DNA of 64,000 bases from a bacterium (GCA_021785655.1 JAJYET010000002.1:82391-146390); one strand, 5' to 3'; positions 28,057 through 38,904 are shown, counted from the stretch's first letter. Notes: a model not told the origin generated them from the letters alone. Translations and numbers: made by a program.

Positions 28057-28805
28057 CCTCTCTGCTCCTGGTCGGTTACCAGGGTCCCGACCCGCTCTCC
28101 GCTCACCGCCCGGGCCAGATTGCCAGGGGTGAACAGGTCCAGGACCAGAAGCGGGAGGCGGTTGTCCATGCAGAGGGTGATCGCCGTGTTGTCCATCACC
28201 TGCAGGCCGCGATTCAGGACATCGAGGTAGGAGATGGTCTCGAAACGCTCAGCGTTGGCGTCCTTGGTGGGATCGGCGCTGTAGACCCCGTCGACCCGGG
28301 TGGCCTTGATGAGCACGTCGGCTCCTATCTCCGCAGCCCGCAGGGCCGCCGGGGTGTCGGTGGTGAAGAAGGGGTTGCCGGAGCCGGCGCAGAAGACAAC
28401 CACCCTCCCCTTCTCGAGATGCCGGATGGCCCGTCCCCTGATGTATGGCTCGGCCACCTGATGCATCTCGATGGCGGTCTGGACCCGGGTGGGCATGCCG
28501 TGGGCCTCCAGAGCGTCCCGGAGGGCGAGCCCGTTGATGACGGTGCCCAGCATCCCCATCAGGTCCGCAGTGACCCGGTTCATCCCCCGTCGCGCCCCGG
28601 CGAGCCCGCGGAAGATGTTGCCGCCCCCCATCATCACGGCGATCTCGGTTCCCAGCTGGTGCGCGGCCTGGAGCTCCAGGGCCACCGTGTCCAGGACCAG
28701 GGGGTCGATGCCGTAGCCCCCATCCCCGACCAGGGCCTCCCCGCTGAGCTTGATCACCACCCTCCGGTAGCGGGCCGGGGGACGCCGCCGCTCCTGGCCC
28801 GCCAT
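28053..28805 (-). CDS. pyrH: UMP kinase
   Basis: [13 protein letters not shown] is the carbamate-kinase-fold N-terminus. The start was trimmed to Met10, leaving a 19-nt gap after tsf. Confidence 0.9.
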   Translation of the reverse strand: MAGQERRRPPARYRRVVIKLSGEALVGDGGYGIDPLVLDTVALELQAAHQLGTEIAVMMGGGNIFRGLAGARRGMNRVTADLMGMLGTVINGLALRDALEAHGMPTRVQTAIEMHQVAEPYIRGRAIRHLEKGRVVVFCAGSGNPFFTTDTPAALRAAEIGADVLIKATRVDGVYSADPTKDANAERFETISYLDVLNRGLQVMDNTAITLCMDNRLPLLVLDLFTPGNLARAVSGERVGTLVTDQEQRG

Positions 28806-28824
28806 CCCGGTGAGGGGCACCGCC

Positions 28825-29460
28825 TCAACCACCTGAGCCTCCCTCGGCCCTCTCCCCCAGAGGGAAGCGCGCGAAGCGGGCCACAGAGATGTTCTCCCCC
28901 GTCGAGGCGATCGTCTCCTTGATCACCTCCTCCACCCGGCGGGCCTTCTTGCCGGCCTCGTCCCGGATCCAGGGCTGCTCATACAGGCAGGCCGTCTCGA
29001 ACCACTTGCGGAGCTTCCCTTCCACGATCTGGTCCACCCGGGCGGCGTCCCGCCCCTCGGCGGCAGCCTGCTGGCGGTAGATCTCCCTCTCGTGCTCCAC
29101 CTCCCCCGCGGGGACGTCCTCGCGGCGGATCCAGCGCGGCCCGAGGCTCGCCACCTGCAGGGCCAGGTCGTGGACCAGCGCCTTGAACTCGTCGGTACGG
29201 GCCACGAAGTCGCTCTCACAGTTGACCTCGAGGAGCACCCCCAGCCGCCCTCCGGGGTGGATGTAGGCGTCTACCAGCCCCTCGCGGGTCTCCCGCTCCG
29301 CCCTCTTCTCGGCCGAGGCGAGCCCCTTGGTGCGGAGCAGGTCACGGGCACGGTCGAAGTCGCCCGCCGACTCCACCAGGGCGCGCTTGACGTCCATGAT
29401 CCCGGCCCCGGTCTGCTGTCGCAGCTGACGAACCAGCTCCGCCGAGATTTCCTGGCTCAC
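28825..29460 (-). CDS. tsf: elongation factor Ts (short ~210-aa form)
   Basis: [21 protein letters not shown] is the EF-Ts N-terminal UBA-like region. It is followed by the dimerisation core. Confidence 0.85.
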   Translation of the reverse strand: MSQEISAELVRQLRQQTGAGIMDVKRALVESAGDFDRARDLLRTKGLASAEKRAERETREGLVDAYIHPGGRLGVLLEVNCESDFVARTDEFKALVHDLALQVASLGPRWIRREDVPAGEVEHEREIYRQQAAAEGRDAARVDQIVEGKLRKWFETACLYEQPWIRDEAGKKARRVEEVIKETIASTGENISVARFARFPLGERAEGGSGG

Positions 29461-30263
29461 TCCGCGACCTCCTCCGGCTCCGGCTCCGTACGGGCCTCAC
29501 TGGCCGCCTGCTCCTCGGCGGCCCGGAGCTGGGCCGCGCGCTCCGCCGCCGCCTGGGCCTGGGCGGCCTCGATCTGGCGACGCTGATCCAGCCCGTCGAC
29601 GATCGCGTCGGTGAGCCGGGTCACGATGAGCCGGACGCTGCGGATGGCGTCGTCGTTGCCGGGGATCACATAGCTGATCTCGTCCGGGTCACAGTTGCTG
29701 TCTGTGATGGCGATGATCGGGATCTTGAGCTTGTTGGCCTCCGTGACCGCGAGCCGCTCCTTGTGGGGGTCGACCACAAACAGCGCCGCGGGCAGCCGCT
29801 TCATCCCGGTGATGCCGGAGAAGTTGCGCCGCAGGCGCTCCAGCTCATCCTCGCGCCGCCGCTGCTCCTTCTTGATCATCGCCGCGAAGCCGTCCCGCTC
29901 CTGGCGCTCGGAGAGCTCGGTGAGGCGCCGCAGCTGCAGCTTCACCACCTCGAAGTTGGTCAGCATGCCCCCCATCCAGCGGTTGATCACATACGGTTGG
30001 TGGGAGCGCTGGCACTCTGCCTCGATGGTGTCCCGAGCCTGCTTCTTGGTGCCCACGAACAGGATCTGCCCCCCCTGGGCCACGGTGTCCCGCGCGAAGG
30101 CGCAGGCGGCGTCCAGCAGCTCCACGGTCTGCGCCACGTCCAGGATGTGGATGCCACCGCGGCTGGCGAATATGTAGGGCCGCATCTTGGGATTCCACCG
30201 GCTGGTCTGGTGACCGAAGTGGACCCCGTTTTGCAAGAGCTCGGTGAGCGTGGCCACGGGCAT
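29457..30263 (-). CDS. rpsB: 30S ribosomal protein S2
   Basis: LLQNGVHFGHQTSRWNPKMRPYIF is the canonical S2 N-terminus. It has an acidic C-terminal tail. The start was trimmed to Met37. Confidence 0.9.
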   Translation of the reverse strand: MPVATLTELLQNGVHFGHQTSRWNPKMRPYIFASRGGIHILDVAQTVELLDAACAFARDTVAQGGQILFVGTKKQARDTIEAECQRSHQPYVINRWMGGMLTNFEVVKLQLRRLTELSERQERDGFAAMIKKEQRRREDELERLRRNFSGITGMKRLPAALFVVDPHKERLAVTEANKLKIPIIAITDSNCDPDEISYVIPGNDDAIRSVRLIVTRLTDAIVDGLDQRRQIEAAQAQAAAERAAQLRAAEEQAASEARTEPEPEEVAE

Positions 30264-30475
30264 GGTGCGCCTCCAGTTGCGTTGAACCTCTGCCCACCAT
30301 CCACCGGCGCCCGGCCCAGGGGAACCCGGGGGCCGTCCGGCGGGCATGTGAATTTGATCGCCGCTGTCCATGGTAGCCCAAAACCCGGAAACGAACGCCG
30401 GGCGAACCGGTCGCCGCGGCCCGCCGGCCCAGGGTCTCCTCGGTGGAACGGACCGGCTGGTGGCCCCGGCTGGCC

Positions 30476-31897
30476 CTAAAGCACGTACCGGCGCAGGTCC
30501 TGGTCGCGGACCAGGTCCCCGAGCTGCAGGCGGACGAACTCGGCGTCCACCACCACCCGCTGGTTGCGGTACTGCTCGGCGGCGAAGGAGACGTCCTGGA
30601 GCACCCGCTCCATGACGGTGAAGAGCCTCCGGGCGCCGATGTTCTCGTCCCGCTCGTTGACCAGGAAAGCCTGCCGGGCGAGCTCGGCGGTGCCCTCGGC
30701 GGTGAACTCCAGCTCCACCTCCTCGGTGCCGAGCAGGGCCTGGTACTGACCGGTGAGCGAGTTGCTGGGTTCGACCAGGATCCGCCTCAGGTCGGTCTCT
30801 CCCAGCGAGGTCAGCTCCACCCGGATCGGGAACCGCCCCTGAAACTCCGGGATCAGGTCGGAGGGGCGGGCGGACGTGAAGGCGCCGGCCGCCACGAACA
30901 GGATGTGCTCCGTGCTGACCGACCCGTAGCGGGTGCTGACCGTGGAGCCCTCGATGATCGGCAGGAGGTCGCGCTGCACTCCGGCCCCGCTCACGTCCGG
31001 CCCGTGGCTCTCGGTGTACGCCCCCGCGATCTTGTCCACCTCGTCGATGAAGACGATCCCGTTCTCCTCCACCGACCGGATGGCATCGTCGTAGACCCGG
31101 TCCATGTCCACCATCCGCTCGGTCTCCTCCTGGGTCAGGGTGTGCCGGGCATCGGCGACGCTCATCCTGCGCATCCGGCGCCGGGGGGGCGCCATCTGGC
31201 TGAAGAAGTCGGCCAGCGACCAGCCGATCTCCTCGTACCCGGTTCCGGAGAAGACCTCGACCGGAGCGCTGTACGACTCCTCCACCTCGATCTCGATGAG
31301 GCGGTCCTCCAGCTGGCGGTTGGCCAGCTTGCGGGCCAGCTGCCGGCGGCGCGCCCGCTCCCGCCGGAGGGCCAGGCGCCGGTCCGGTTCATCGGCGGGC
31401 GCGGCGGTGGCTCCGTCGGCTCCCTCGGGTGGGGCGGCGGCAGCCTCGGGCACAGGCCCCTCCTTGGAGGCGCGCTCTTGCTCCACCAGCCGGTCAACGA
31501 TCCGGGCCTCGGCGCGCTGCTTGGCCTCATCCTCTACCTCGGCCACGCGCTGGCTCTGGAGCTGGGTGATGGTCTGCTCCAGCAGGTCGCGGATGATCGA
31601 CTCCACGTCCCGTCCGACATACCCCACCTCGGTGAACTTGGTGGCCTCCACCTTGATGAACGGGGAGTTTGTCAGCAGCGCCAGCCGGCGGGCGATCTCC
31701 GTCTTGCCCACGCCGGTGGGTCCGATCAGCAGGATGTTGCTGGGCATGATGTCACCCCGGGCCTCGGGGGCCACCCGCATCCGCCGGATGCGGTTGCGCA
31801 GTGCCACCGCCATGGCTCGTTTGGCATCCTGCTGGCCCACGATGTAGCGGTCGAGGGAGCTCACCACCTCGGCCGCGGTGAGCTCACCCTCGGGCAT
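30476..31897 (-). CDS. hslU: ATP-dependent protease ATPase subunit HslU
   Basis: [30 protein letters not shown] and [17 protein letters not shown] (Walker A) are present, with the C-terminal sensor region. Confidence 0.9.
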   Translation of the reverse strand: MPEGELTAAEVVSSLDRYIVGQQDAKRAMAVALRNRIRRMRVAPEARGDIMPSNILLIGPTGVGKTEIARRLALLTNSPFIKVEATKFTEVGYVGRDVESIIRDLLEQTITQLQSQRVAEVEDEAKQRAEARIVDRLVEQERASKEGPVPEAAAAPPEGADGATAAPADEPDRRLALRRERARRRQLARKLANRQLEDRLIEIEVEESYSAPVEVFSGTGYEEIGWSLADFFSQMAPPRRRMRRMSVADARHTLTQEETERMVDMDRVYDDAIRSVEENGIVFIDEVDKIAGAYTESHGPDVSGAGVQRDLLPIIEGSTVSTRYGSVSTEHILFVAAGAFTSARPSDLIPEFQGRFPIRVELTSLGETDLRRILVEPSNSLTGQYQALLGTEEVELEFTAEGTAELARQAFLVNERDENIGARRLFTVMERVLQDVSFAAEQYRNQRVVVDAEFVRLQLGDLVRDQDLRRYVL

Positions 31898-32465
31898 CTG
31901 CGACCTCCTGGGGTGCCGGAAGAGTTTCCACGGTGATCTCCGAATTGGTGTAGACGCACATGGAGGCCGCAATCCTTAGCGCCTCCACCGCCACCTCCCG
32001 AGCGGAAAGCTCGGTGTGCTGGGTGAGCGCTCGAGCCGCCGCCAGGGCGTACGGGCCGCCACTGCCGATGGCCCCCAGGCCGTCGTCCGGCTCGATCACG
32101 TCGCCGTCTCCACTTAGGAGCAGCAGCTGTCCCTCCCCGGCCACCACCAGCATGGCGTCCAGGTGGCGCAGGTAGCGGTCGGTGCGCCACTCCTTGCCCA
32201 GCTCCACGGCGGAGCGCACCAGGTTGCCCTGGTGCTGCTCCAGCTGGCGCTCGAACTTGTCGAAGAGGGTGAAGGCGTCGGAGACCGACCCGGCAAACCC
32301 CACCACCACTTGGTCGTGGAACAGCCGCCGCACCTTGCTGGCGTGGTGCTTCATCACCACGTCGCCCAAGGTCACCTGCCCATCGCCGGCCACGGCGATC
32401 TCCGGCCCCCGCTGGACGGCCACGATGGTGGTGGCCCGGGGGGTGGATGCCTCATGAGAAGCCAC
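31884..32465 (-). CDS. hslV: ATP-dependent protease subunit HslV, with apparent N-terminal propeptide
   Basis: TTIVAVQRG...GDGQVTLG is the HslV core with the catalytic Thr. In this frame, 11 residues ([11 protein letters not shown] from the GTG at 32465) precede Thr. No start codon directly precedes the TT dipeptide. Confidence 0.8.
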   Translation of the reverse strand: MASHEASTPRATTIVAVQRGPEIAVAGDGQVTLGDVVMKHHASKVRRLFHDQVVVGFAGSVSDAFTLFDKFERQLEQHQGNLVRSAVELGKEWRTDRYLRHLDAMLVVAGEGQLLLLSGDGDVIEPDDGLGAIGSGGPYALAAARALTQHTELSAREVAVEALRIAASMCVYTNSEITVETLPAPQEVADARG

Positions 32466-32512
32466 GAAGTCTGAAGTCTACCGCCGCCGACGGCGGCCCC
32501 CCCCCCGGAAGA

Positions 32513-34705
32513 TCAGCGCCCGTCCCCTCCGCTGGCAGCAGCCACCGGCGCCGCCGCGGCCGCCTCCCGAGGTGGCCGGTACCGGCACTTGGGGTACCCG
32601 GAGCAGGAGACGAAGGGACCGAACCGACCCATCCGACGCACCAGGGGCTGGCCGCACTCCGGGCAGCTGTCTCCGGTGGGCTCCGGCGCGGGCCGTGCCG
32701 GCCGGCCGGCCCCCGGCTCGGGACGGATGTAGCGGCACTTGGGGTAGCCGGAACAGCCCACGAAGGGGCCGCGGCGGCCGGTGCGCCTCACCAGCGGGCG
32801 GCCGCACTCCGGGCAGGCCTCCCCAACCTCCTCGGCGGCGGCCCGCTCCTCGCGGCCCTGGATGTAGTCGCACTCGGGGTACCGGCTGCAGCCCACGAAC
32901 TCGCCGAACCGGCCCGTGCGGACCACCAGGTCGGCTCCGCAATTGGGGCAGGCGCCGCCGGTTGGCGGCGCCTTCACCCGGACCCGAGGCATATCCTCCT
33001 GGGCCTTCTCCAGGACCTTGGCGAAGGGCTCGTACCAGGACCGCACGACGGGGATCCAGCCCTCGTCGCCGGCCTCGATCGCATCCAGCCGCCGCTCGAG
33101 CTCTGCCGTGAACCCCAGGTCGACGACATCCGGGAACTGGGTGGTGAGCGCCTCGTTGACCGCCACCCCGACGGGGGTGGGATGCAGCCGCCGCTCCACC
33201 TGGCGGACATAGCCGCGGGTCTGGATCAGGTCCACCGTGGGGGCGTAGGTGCTGGGCCGCCCGATCCCGCGCTCCTCCAGCTCCCGGACCAGCGTCGCCT
33301 CGGTGAAGCGGGGAGGGGGCTGGCTGAAGTGCTGCTCGGGGAGGAGCTCCAGGAGGTGCGCCAGATCGCCCGCGACGAGAAGAGGCAGGAGCTGGTCCTC
33401 CCTCTCCTCGGGGGCCATCACCTTGGTGAAGCCGTCGAAGGTGAGGCGGCTGCCGGTGGCGCGGAACTGATGGCCCGCGGCCTCCAGCTCGCACCTGGTG
33501 TTCTCGAATTCTGCAGGGCTCATCTGGCTGGCCACGAACCGACGCCAGATGAGCCGGTAGAGTCGCAGCTGGTCGGAGGTCAGGTGATTGGCCACCACCT
33601 CCGGGCTGCGCTCCAAGCTGGTGGGGCGGATCGCCTCATGGGCGTCCTGGCTGGCCACCGGCCCGGCTTCGCGGCGGCGCGCCGTGCCCTTGGAGCCGAG
33701 GTAGCGGGGCCCGAAGGTGCTCTCCACGTACTGGTGGGCATCGCCCCTGGCCAGCTCGCTGATGCGGACCGAGTCGGTGCGCATGTAGGTGATGAGGCCC
33801 ACGGGACCCGCTGAGCCCAGCTCCACGCCCTCGTACAGCTGCTGCGCCACCCGCATCGTCTTGCTGGGGCTGAATCGGAGCTGCGCTGAGGCCTCCTGCT
33901 GCAGGGTGCTGGTGATGTGCGGCTGGGGCGGGTTGCGCCGCTGGCGGCGCACCTCGACCGACGCCACCTTGAAGGGCTGGCCCTCCACCTGCGCCATCAC
34001 CTCGCGGGCCGCGGCCTCGTCCGGCAGCGCCGAGGCTCCCTCCTCGTCGGCGGCGCGGCCCCTCCGTCCCTTGGCCGGGGGGTGGTAGCGCGCGGAGAAC
34101 TCCTCTCCGGAGGTAGTCTCCAGCCGGGCATCCAGGGTCCAGCTCTCCACCGGCTTGAACGCCTCGATCTCCAGCTCCCGGTCGCAGACGAGGCGGACCG
34201 CCACCGACTGCACCCGGCCGGCTGACAGTCCCTTGCGGACCTTGCGCCAGAGCAGCGGGCTGAGCTTGTACCCCAGGAGGCGGTCGATGGAGCGGCGCGC
34301 CTGGTAGGCGTCCACCAGGTTGCGGTCGATCTCCCGCGGGACCTTGAGAGCGGCCTCGACCGCCGGACGGGTGACCTCGCGGAACACGATCCGCTCCGGT
34401 TGCCTGAGGCGCAACTGGTTGGCGATGTGCCAGGCGATCGCCTCCCCCTCCCGGTCCGGGTCCGCCGCCAGCAGGACCCGGCCGGCCCGGCGGGCGGCCG
34501 ACTTCAGCTCCTGGAGCTGCTTCTCCTTCCCCTTGATCACGGTGTAGTCGGGGGTGAAGCCATCGTCCACGTCGATCCCCAGCTTGGACCGGGGAAGGTC
34601 GACGACGTGGCCCATGGAGGCCTTGACCTCGTATCCCTTCCCGAGGAACTTGCTCAAGGTCCGGGCCTTGCTGGGTGATTCGACGATGATGAGGTTGCTG
34701 GGCAT
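32513..34705 (-). CDS. topA: DNA topoisomerase I with C-terminal zinc-ribbon repeats
   Basis: LIIVESPSKARTLSKFLG (Toprim) and the type IA core are present. There are four C-terminal CPxCG...C(S/R)GYPxC zinc-ribbon modules. Confidence 0.9.
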   Translation of the reverse strand: MPSNLIIVESPSKARTLSKFLGKGYEVKASMGHVVDLPRSKLGIDVDDGFTPDYTVIKGKEKQLQELKSAARRAGRVLLAADPDREGEAIAWHIANQLRLRQPERIVFREVTRPAVEAALKVPREIDRNLVDAYQARRSIDRLLGYKLSPLLWRKVRKGLSAGRVQSVAVRLVCDRELEIEAFKPVESWTLDARLETTSGEEFSARYHPPAKGRRGRAADEEGASALPDEAAAREVMAQVEGQPFKVASVEVRRQRRNPPQPHITSTLQQEASAQLRFSPSKTMRVAQQLYEGVELGSAGPVGLITYMRTDSVRISELARGDAHQYVESTFGPRYLGSKGTARRREAGPVASQDAHEAIRPTSLERSPEVVANHLTSDQLRLYRLIWRRFVASQMSPAEFENTRCELEAAGHQFRATGSRLTFDGFTKVMAPEEREDQLLPLLVAGDLAHLLELLPEQHFSQPPPRFTEATLVRELEERGIGRPSTYAPTVDLIQTRGYVRQVERRLHPTPVGVAVNEALTTQFPDVVDLGFTAELERRLDAIEAGDEGWIPVVRSWYEPFAKVLEKAQEDMPRVRVKAPPTGGACPNCGADLVVRTGRFGEFVGCSRYPECDYIQGREERAAAEEVGEACPECGRPLVRRTGRRGPFVGCSGYPKCRYIRPEPGAGRPARPAPEPTGDSCPECGQPLVRRMGRFGPFVSCSGYPKCRYRPPREAAAAAPVAAASGGDGR

Positions 34706-34740
34706 GGACGATCTGAACTCCGAGGCCTTGAGGCCAGGCG

Positions 34741-35625
34741 ATGATAACAACAGCCTTCCACGCCTCCGCCCAGTTCAAGCGGCCGCAGGTGAACCCGCCA
34801 CTAAACTGGGTTGGTTTCCCGCTCCTGGAGGCTTGGCGCTTGCCTGTCCTTGTCGACGACCGGTACCAGCAGGGGCTCATCGTGGCCCGCCGCGACTTCA
34901 CCAAGGACCTTTGGTCGATCCGGGTCCGCCCCGTCGACCCCTTCCCCTTCAGGGCCGGCCAGTACGCCACCTTGGGGATCGAGCTGCAGGGCCGGGTGCT
35001 GGAGCGCCCCTACTCGATCGTCTCAGCGCCCGACGAACCGGAGCTCGAGCTCTTCATCGAGCTGATTCCCGGTGGCGCGCTCACCCCTCACCTGCACCGG
35101 CTGGGAGAGGGGCAGGCCGTCTGGCTCCGCCGGCGCCCCAAGGGGCTGTTCCTGCGCCAGCCACCGGCAGCGGACCTGGTCCACCTCTTCTGTGCCACGG
35201 TGACCGGGGTGGCGCCATTCGTCAGCTTCCTGCGCCAGCTGTCCCGCCAGGCCCAAAGCCAAGGTGGGGCCGTACCCAGGATCCTCCTGCTCCAGGGAGC
35301 CAGCCATGCCGACGAGTTCGGCTACCTGGAGGAGATGGAGCGGCTGAGCCGCGAGCTCCCGGGCTTCCGCTACATCCCCACCGTGAGTCGGCCCTGGGAC
35401 GAGCCGGGGTGGGAGGGTGAGGTCGGCCGGGCCGAGGATGTCCTTCGCAAGCACGCCGACGACTTCGGCGTGGCGCCGGGCCAGGGCATGGTGTACCTGT
35501 GCGGTCACCCGGGGATGATCGCCGGGGGTCGGGTGCTGATGCGCCGCCGCGGACTTCAGGACAAGGAGATCCTGGAGGAGCAGTACTGGCCCGAGGGCAA
35601 GGAGCCCACCGGCTCCGGCACCTGA
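34741..35625 (+). CDS. ferredoxin-NADP+ reductase-type FAD/NAD(P)-binding oxidoreductase
   Basis: RAGQYATLG (FAD RxYS/T-like) and GTGVAPFVSF (NAD-binding) are present. The ending is FPR-like. The gene is divergent from topA. Confidence 0.7.
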   Translation: MITTAFHASAQFKRPQVNPPLNWVGFPLLEAWRLPVLVDDRYQQGLIVARRDFTKDLWSIRVRPVDPFPFRAGQYATLGIELQGRVLERPYSIVSAPDEPELELFIELIPGGALTPHLHRLGEGQAVWLRRRPKGLFLRQPPAADLVHLFCATVTGVAPFVSFLRQLSRQAQSQGGAVPRILLLQGASHADEFGYLEEMERLSRELPGFRYIPTVSRPWDEPGWEGEVGRAEDVLRKHADDFGVAPGQGMVYLCGHPGMIAGGRVLMRRRGLQDKEILEEQYWPEGKEPTGSGT

Positions 35626-35711
35626 CCTCCGGCCCGTTCTAAGCCGAAACTCAGCCGCCGCCAGGAGAGTTGAGCTGAGATGAGCCGCCGCAGCGAGCGG
35701 GCCGCACCGGG

Positions 35712-37244
35712 GTGAAGGAGCTGACGCTCCCGGACCCGGTCACGTCGCCCGCCCTGGGCCCGCGGGGACACGTCCCCTCGCGCCGGGGGGCGCTGCTGGC
35801 AGCCCTCCCCTTCGTGATCTACGTCGGCCTCAGGGTGCCCTCGCTGTTCGAGCCGCACTGGTACAGCGACGAGGCGGGCTACGCCACCACGGCCTGGTTC
35901 TCCACCCACGGACTAGCCCTCTACCAGACCATCTGGAACAACAAGCCGCCTCTGCTCTTCTGGATCTACGACCTGGCCCTCTGGGCCTTCGGGCCCAGCG
36001 AGTTCGGGCTCCACCTGCTGTCCACCCTGACCGGGCTCCTGGCCCTCGGGGCGCTCAGCTGGGCGCTGCAGCGGAGGGCCAGCGGCTGGCGGCGCCTGGG
36101 GCCGCTGCTGGCGGCCGCCGTCCTCCTGGGGATCCCCTTACTGGGGGGGGACCTGGCCCTCCCGGAGAACTTCCTCATCGCCCCCGAGGCCCTGGGGATG
36201 GTGCTGGTCCTCGAGGGCCTCGAGCGAAGGGAGGCGGGCTGGATGGTGGGCGCCGGAGTGGCGCTGGCCACCGCCGTCCTGATCCAGCAAACGGCGCTGG
36301 CCGCGGTCGCGGCGGCGGTCCTCCTGATCGCGGTCCGCCCGGAGACAGGTCGGGTGCACCGGATCGCGGCCCTGCTCCTGGCCTGCGGGTTCGGGGTGGG
36401 GGCGGGGCTGGCCCCGTATCTGATCACCGCCGGGTTTGGCCAGGTCTGGTTCTTCCTCGTCGGCTCGTACCGCCAGTACACCTCCCAGTCCCTGCCCATG
36501 ACCGCCCTGACCCTCATCCCCCGGGCCCTGGCGGGCCCGCTGCTGCTGGTGGGAGCCGTGGGCCGGCGGCGCGATCCCCCAATGGCCCAGTTGGCGGCGG
36601 TCTGGCTGGTCGCCGACCTCTTCGCCTACCTCCTCCCCAACCGCGCCTACCCCCACTTCCTGCTGCCGGCCGTGGTTCCGCTGTGCCTCGTTCTGGCCGG
36701 CCTGCACCGGCCCGGGTGGTTCTCTGCCCCCAAGTTCCCCAGGCTGGCGCTGCCAACGTCCGCGGCCCTCTGCGTCGGCACCTGGGCGGCCCTCTTCGCC
36801 ATGAACGCCTCCGGCCTCTTCGGCGGGCTCCTCACCCTGGAGTACATCCCGCTCTCGGTGGGGCGGGCGGTCGGAGCCGTCACCGAGGCCCAGTACCTCT
36901 CCGCCTTCGGCCTGGAGACCCTGGGCGAGTCTCAGGCGGTGGCCTTCATTCGCAGCCACCACTTGGAGGGGGCCTCCACCGTGGTCTGGTCGGCCAACGC
37001 CTGGCCCTACCTGCTGGCCCGGCTGCGCCCCGTCCTTCCGACCCCGGCCATCTACATGGACCACTTCTGGTTGGGGGAGCGGGCGCTGATCGACCGGGTC
37101 CGCAGCGCCCTGCCGGAGCTGGTGGTGGTGGACGGCAGCGGCCTCCCCACGGCCCTCCGCGGCTTCCTGGACAGCTCCTACCGGGTGGTGGAGCGGGGAT
37201 CCGGGGGTTCTGCGGTGTGGCTCCGGGAGAACGTCCCGGGCTAG
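35712..37244 (+). CDS. GT-C superfamily membrane glycosyltransferase (ArnT/PMT_2-like)
   Basis: At 510 aa, it has more than 10 TM helices. An early loop HWYSDEAGY is followed by a PLLFW helix, as in 4-amino-arabinose/mannosyl GT-C enzymes. Confidence 0.5.
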   Translation: MKELTLPDPVTSPALGPRGHVPSRRGALLAALPFVIYVGLRVPSLFEPHWYSDEAGYATTAWFSTHGLALYQTIWNNKPPLLFWIYDLALWAFGPSEFGLHLLSTLTGLLALGALSWALQRRASGWRRLGPLLAAAVLLGIPLLGGDLALPENFLIAPEALGMVLVLEGLERREAGWMVGAGVALATAVLIQQTALAAVAAAVLLIAVRPETGRVHRIAALLLACGFGVGAGLAPYLITAGFGQVWFFLVGSYRQYTSQSLPMTALTLIPRALAGPLLLVGAVGRRRDPPMAQLAAVWLVADLFAYLLPNRAYPHFLLPAVVPLCLVLAGLHRPGWFSAPKFPRLALPTSAALCVGTWAALFAMNASGLFGGLLTLEYIPLSVGRAVGAVTEAQYLSAFGLETLGESQAVAFIRSHHLEGASTVVWSANAWPYLLARLRPVLPTPAIYMDHFWLGERALIDRVRSALPELVVVDGSGLPTALRGFLDSSYRVVERGSGGSAVWLRENVPG

Positions 37245-38383
37245 CGCTTCAGCTTGGTGGCGAGCGGCGGGGAGATCTGGGCGAAGGTCCCCCGCAGCGA
37301 CTTCACCCAGCGGTTGCCGGGCTGGCGCCAGGCCAGCGGCTCGCCGCCGCTCAGCGACCGGACCCCGTCAAGTCCGGCGTGGGGCACGGTGAGGACAGGC
37401 TGCTCCAGCACCCGGGAGGCGCGGTCCACCTCCACCTGGTGGTAGGGGAGGACGCAGTTGAGGATCACCGACACCCGGTCCCGGGGGATCCGCAACTGGT
37501 CGCAGATCCGAAGCCAGGCCAGGACCGCGAACACCCCGGGGTTGTCCGGGGTCCCCACCACCACCATATGCTCGGCCCGCTCCAGGATGTCTATCCCGCC
37601 GTTGTCGAGCCGCCCACCCTGATCCACCACCACCAGCTCCGCGGGGTGGGTGAGCCTCAGGATGATCGCCCCAACGGCTGCCGGCGCAACGGAGTCCGCC
37701 AGCTCGGGTCTCGCGGGCGCCGGAAGGACCGACACCCCACTCGGGTGGCGGGGAAGCCGGTCGAAGATCTCCTCCTCGGGGCCAACCGAGGCCAGCTCCA
37801 CCCAGGTGGGGGTCTGGGGAGGAAGGTTGAACGCCAGCAGCGCACTCCCGAAGCGGGGGACGTTATCCACCAGCGCCACCCGGTAGGCGTCCGCAGCCAG
37901 CACCGCGAGATTGGCCGCCAGCATCGTCCTGCCCGTGCCCCCCCGGGGTCCGCAAACCACCCAGAGCTCACCGCGGCCCTTGGTCGGTCGCTCCGGCGCC
38001 ACCGAGGCATCGAGCCGAGAGCGGACCAGGTCGGAGAGCGCCTTGGCGGAGGCCGTGCGGGGCAGCTTCTCGCTGGCGCCGGCGTCCAGCGCCGCCGCCA
38101 CCAGGGGAGAGTTGGCGTCCACGGCCACCAGGATGATGGGGATCGCGGCGTGCAGGATGCTGGCACGGATCTGGCGGACCAGGGGAACCAGCGCCGGGTC
38201 CTCGCCGATGACCTCGACCACCGCCGCGTCAGCCGGGGTAGCCTCCAGCTCGGCGGCGGCGGTGGCGGTCGAGTCGAACCCTACCAACTCGAGCCCGTTC
38301 TCGGCCAGCGCCTGGCGGATCACCTCGGACCTGGAAGCCTGACGGGCAATCACCAGCACCTTTCGGCGGAGCGTGTCAGGCAT
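37241..38383 (-). CDS. CpaE/TadZ-like protein: N-terminal receiver-like domain plus MinD/ParA-type ATPase domain
   Basis: The N-terminal ~120 aa resemble a REC fold (VLVIARQ...ILVAVD). Then comes a deviant Walker A, VVCGPRGGTGRTMLAANLA, and a ParA/MinD core. It lies immediately downstream of rplS. Confidence 0.55.
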   Translation of the reverse strand: MPDTLRRKVLVIARQASRSEVIRQALAENGLELVGFDSTATAAAELEATPADAAVVEVIGEDPALVPLVRQIRASILHAAIPIILVAVDANSPLVAAALDAGASEKLPRTASAKALSDLVRSRLDASVAPERPTKGRGELWVVCGPRGGTGRTMLAANLAVLAADAYRVALVDNVPRFGSALLAFNLPPQTPTWVELASVGPEEEIFDRLPRHPSGVSVLPAPARPELADSVAPAAVGAIILRLTHPAELVVVDQGGRLDNGGIDILERAEHMVVVGTPDNPGVFAVLAWLRICDQLRIPRDRVSVILNCVLPYHQVEVDRASRVLEQPVLTVPHAGLDGVRSLSGGEPLAWRQPGNRWVKSLRGTFAQISPPLATKLKR

Positions 38384-38439
38384 GCTCCAAGTCTATTGCC
38401 TCGCGGGGAGTGCGGACCGGCGGCGCGCCGAAGTCGGCG

Positions 38440-38904
38440 TCACTTGGCGGTGGCCCGCCTCCGCAGCCCCCGGCGCCGCCCCGCCGCTTCCGGAGCTTCG
38501 ACCGGCTCCTCCGCCGCCACCTCATCGGTCGCCGCGCCGGCCGCGACGGGCTTCGAGGGGCCTTCCCGACGCTCCCGTATCCGGGCCTGCTTGCCCACCT
38601 TCCCCCGCAGATAGTAGAGCTTGGCGCGGTGCACCACGCCATGCCTGACCACCTCGATCTTGGCGAGTCGGGGGGAGTGGATGAGGAAGGTGCGCTCCAC
38701 CCCCACCCCGTGGGCGGTGCGGCGCACGATCACCGACTCGCGGACGCCACCACCCTTCAGCCCGATGACCACCCCCTCGAAAACCTGGATCCGCTCGCGG
38801 GTGCCCTCGACCACCTTGGCGTGGACCCTGACCGTGTCCCCGGGCCGGAGCTCCGGGACGTCGGATCTCAGCTGCTCCTCCTCGAGCAGGTCGATGATGT
38901 TCAC
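38440..38904 (-). CDS. rplS: 50S ribosomal protein L19
   Basis: [13 protein letters not shown]...[26 protein letters not shown] is canonical L19. It has a basic C-terminal tail. Confidence 0.9.
   Translation of the reverse strand: MNIIDLLEEEQLRSDVPELRPGDTVRVHAKVVEGTRERIQVFEGVVIGLKGGGVRESVIVRRTAHGVGVERTFLIHSPRLAKIEVVRHGVVHRAKLYYLRGKVGKQARIRERREGPSKPVAAGAATDEVAAEEPVEAPEAAGRRRGLRRRATAK

Noticed and set aside
36683-38614. 643-aa plus-strand ORF, and similar very long ORFs (e.g. 4851..6668 -, 47172..48944 +, 52443..54434 +, 15467..16951 +)
   Set aside because: They are antisense or out of frame to genes with strong conserved-motif support. Their composition is extreme R/G/P/A/H, typical of spurious open frames in ~70% GC DNA. 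They have no recognisable domains.
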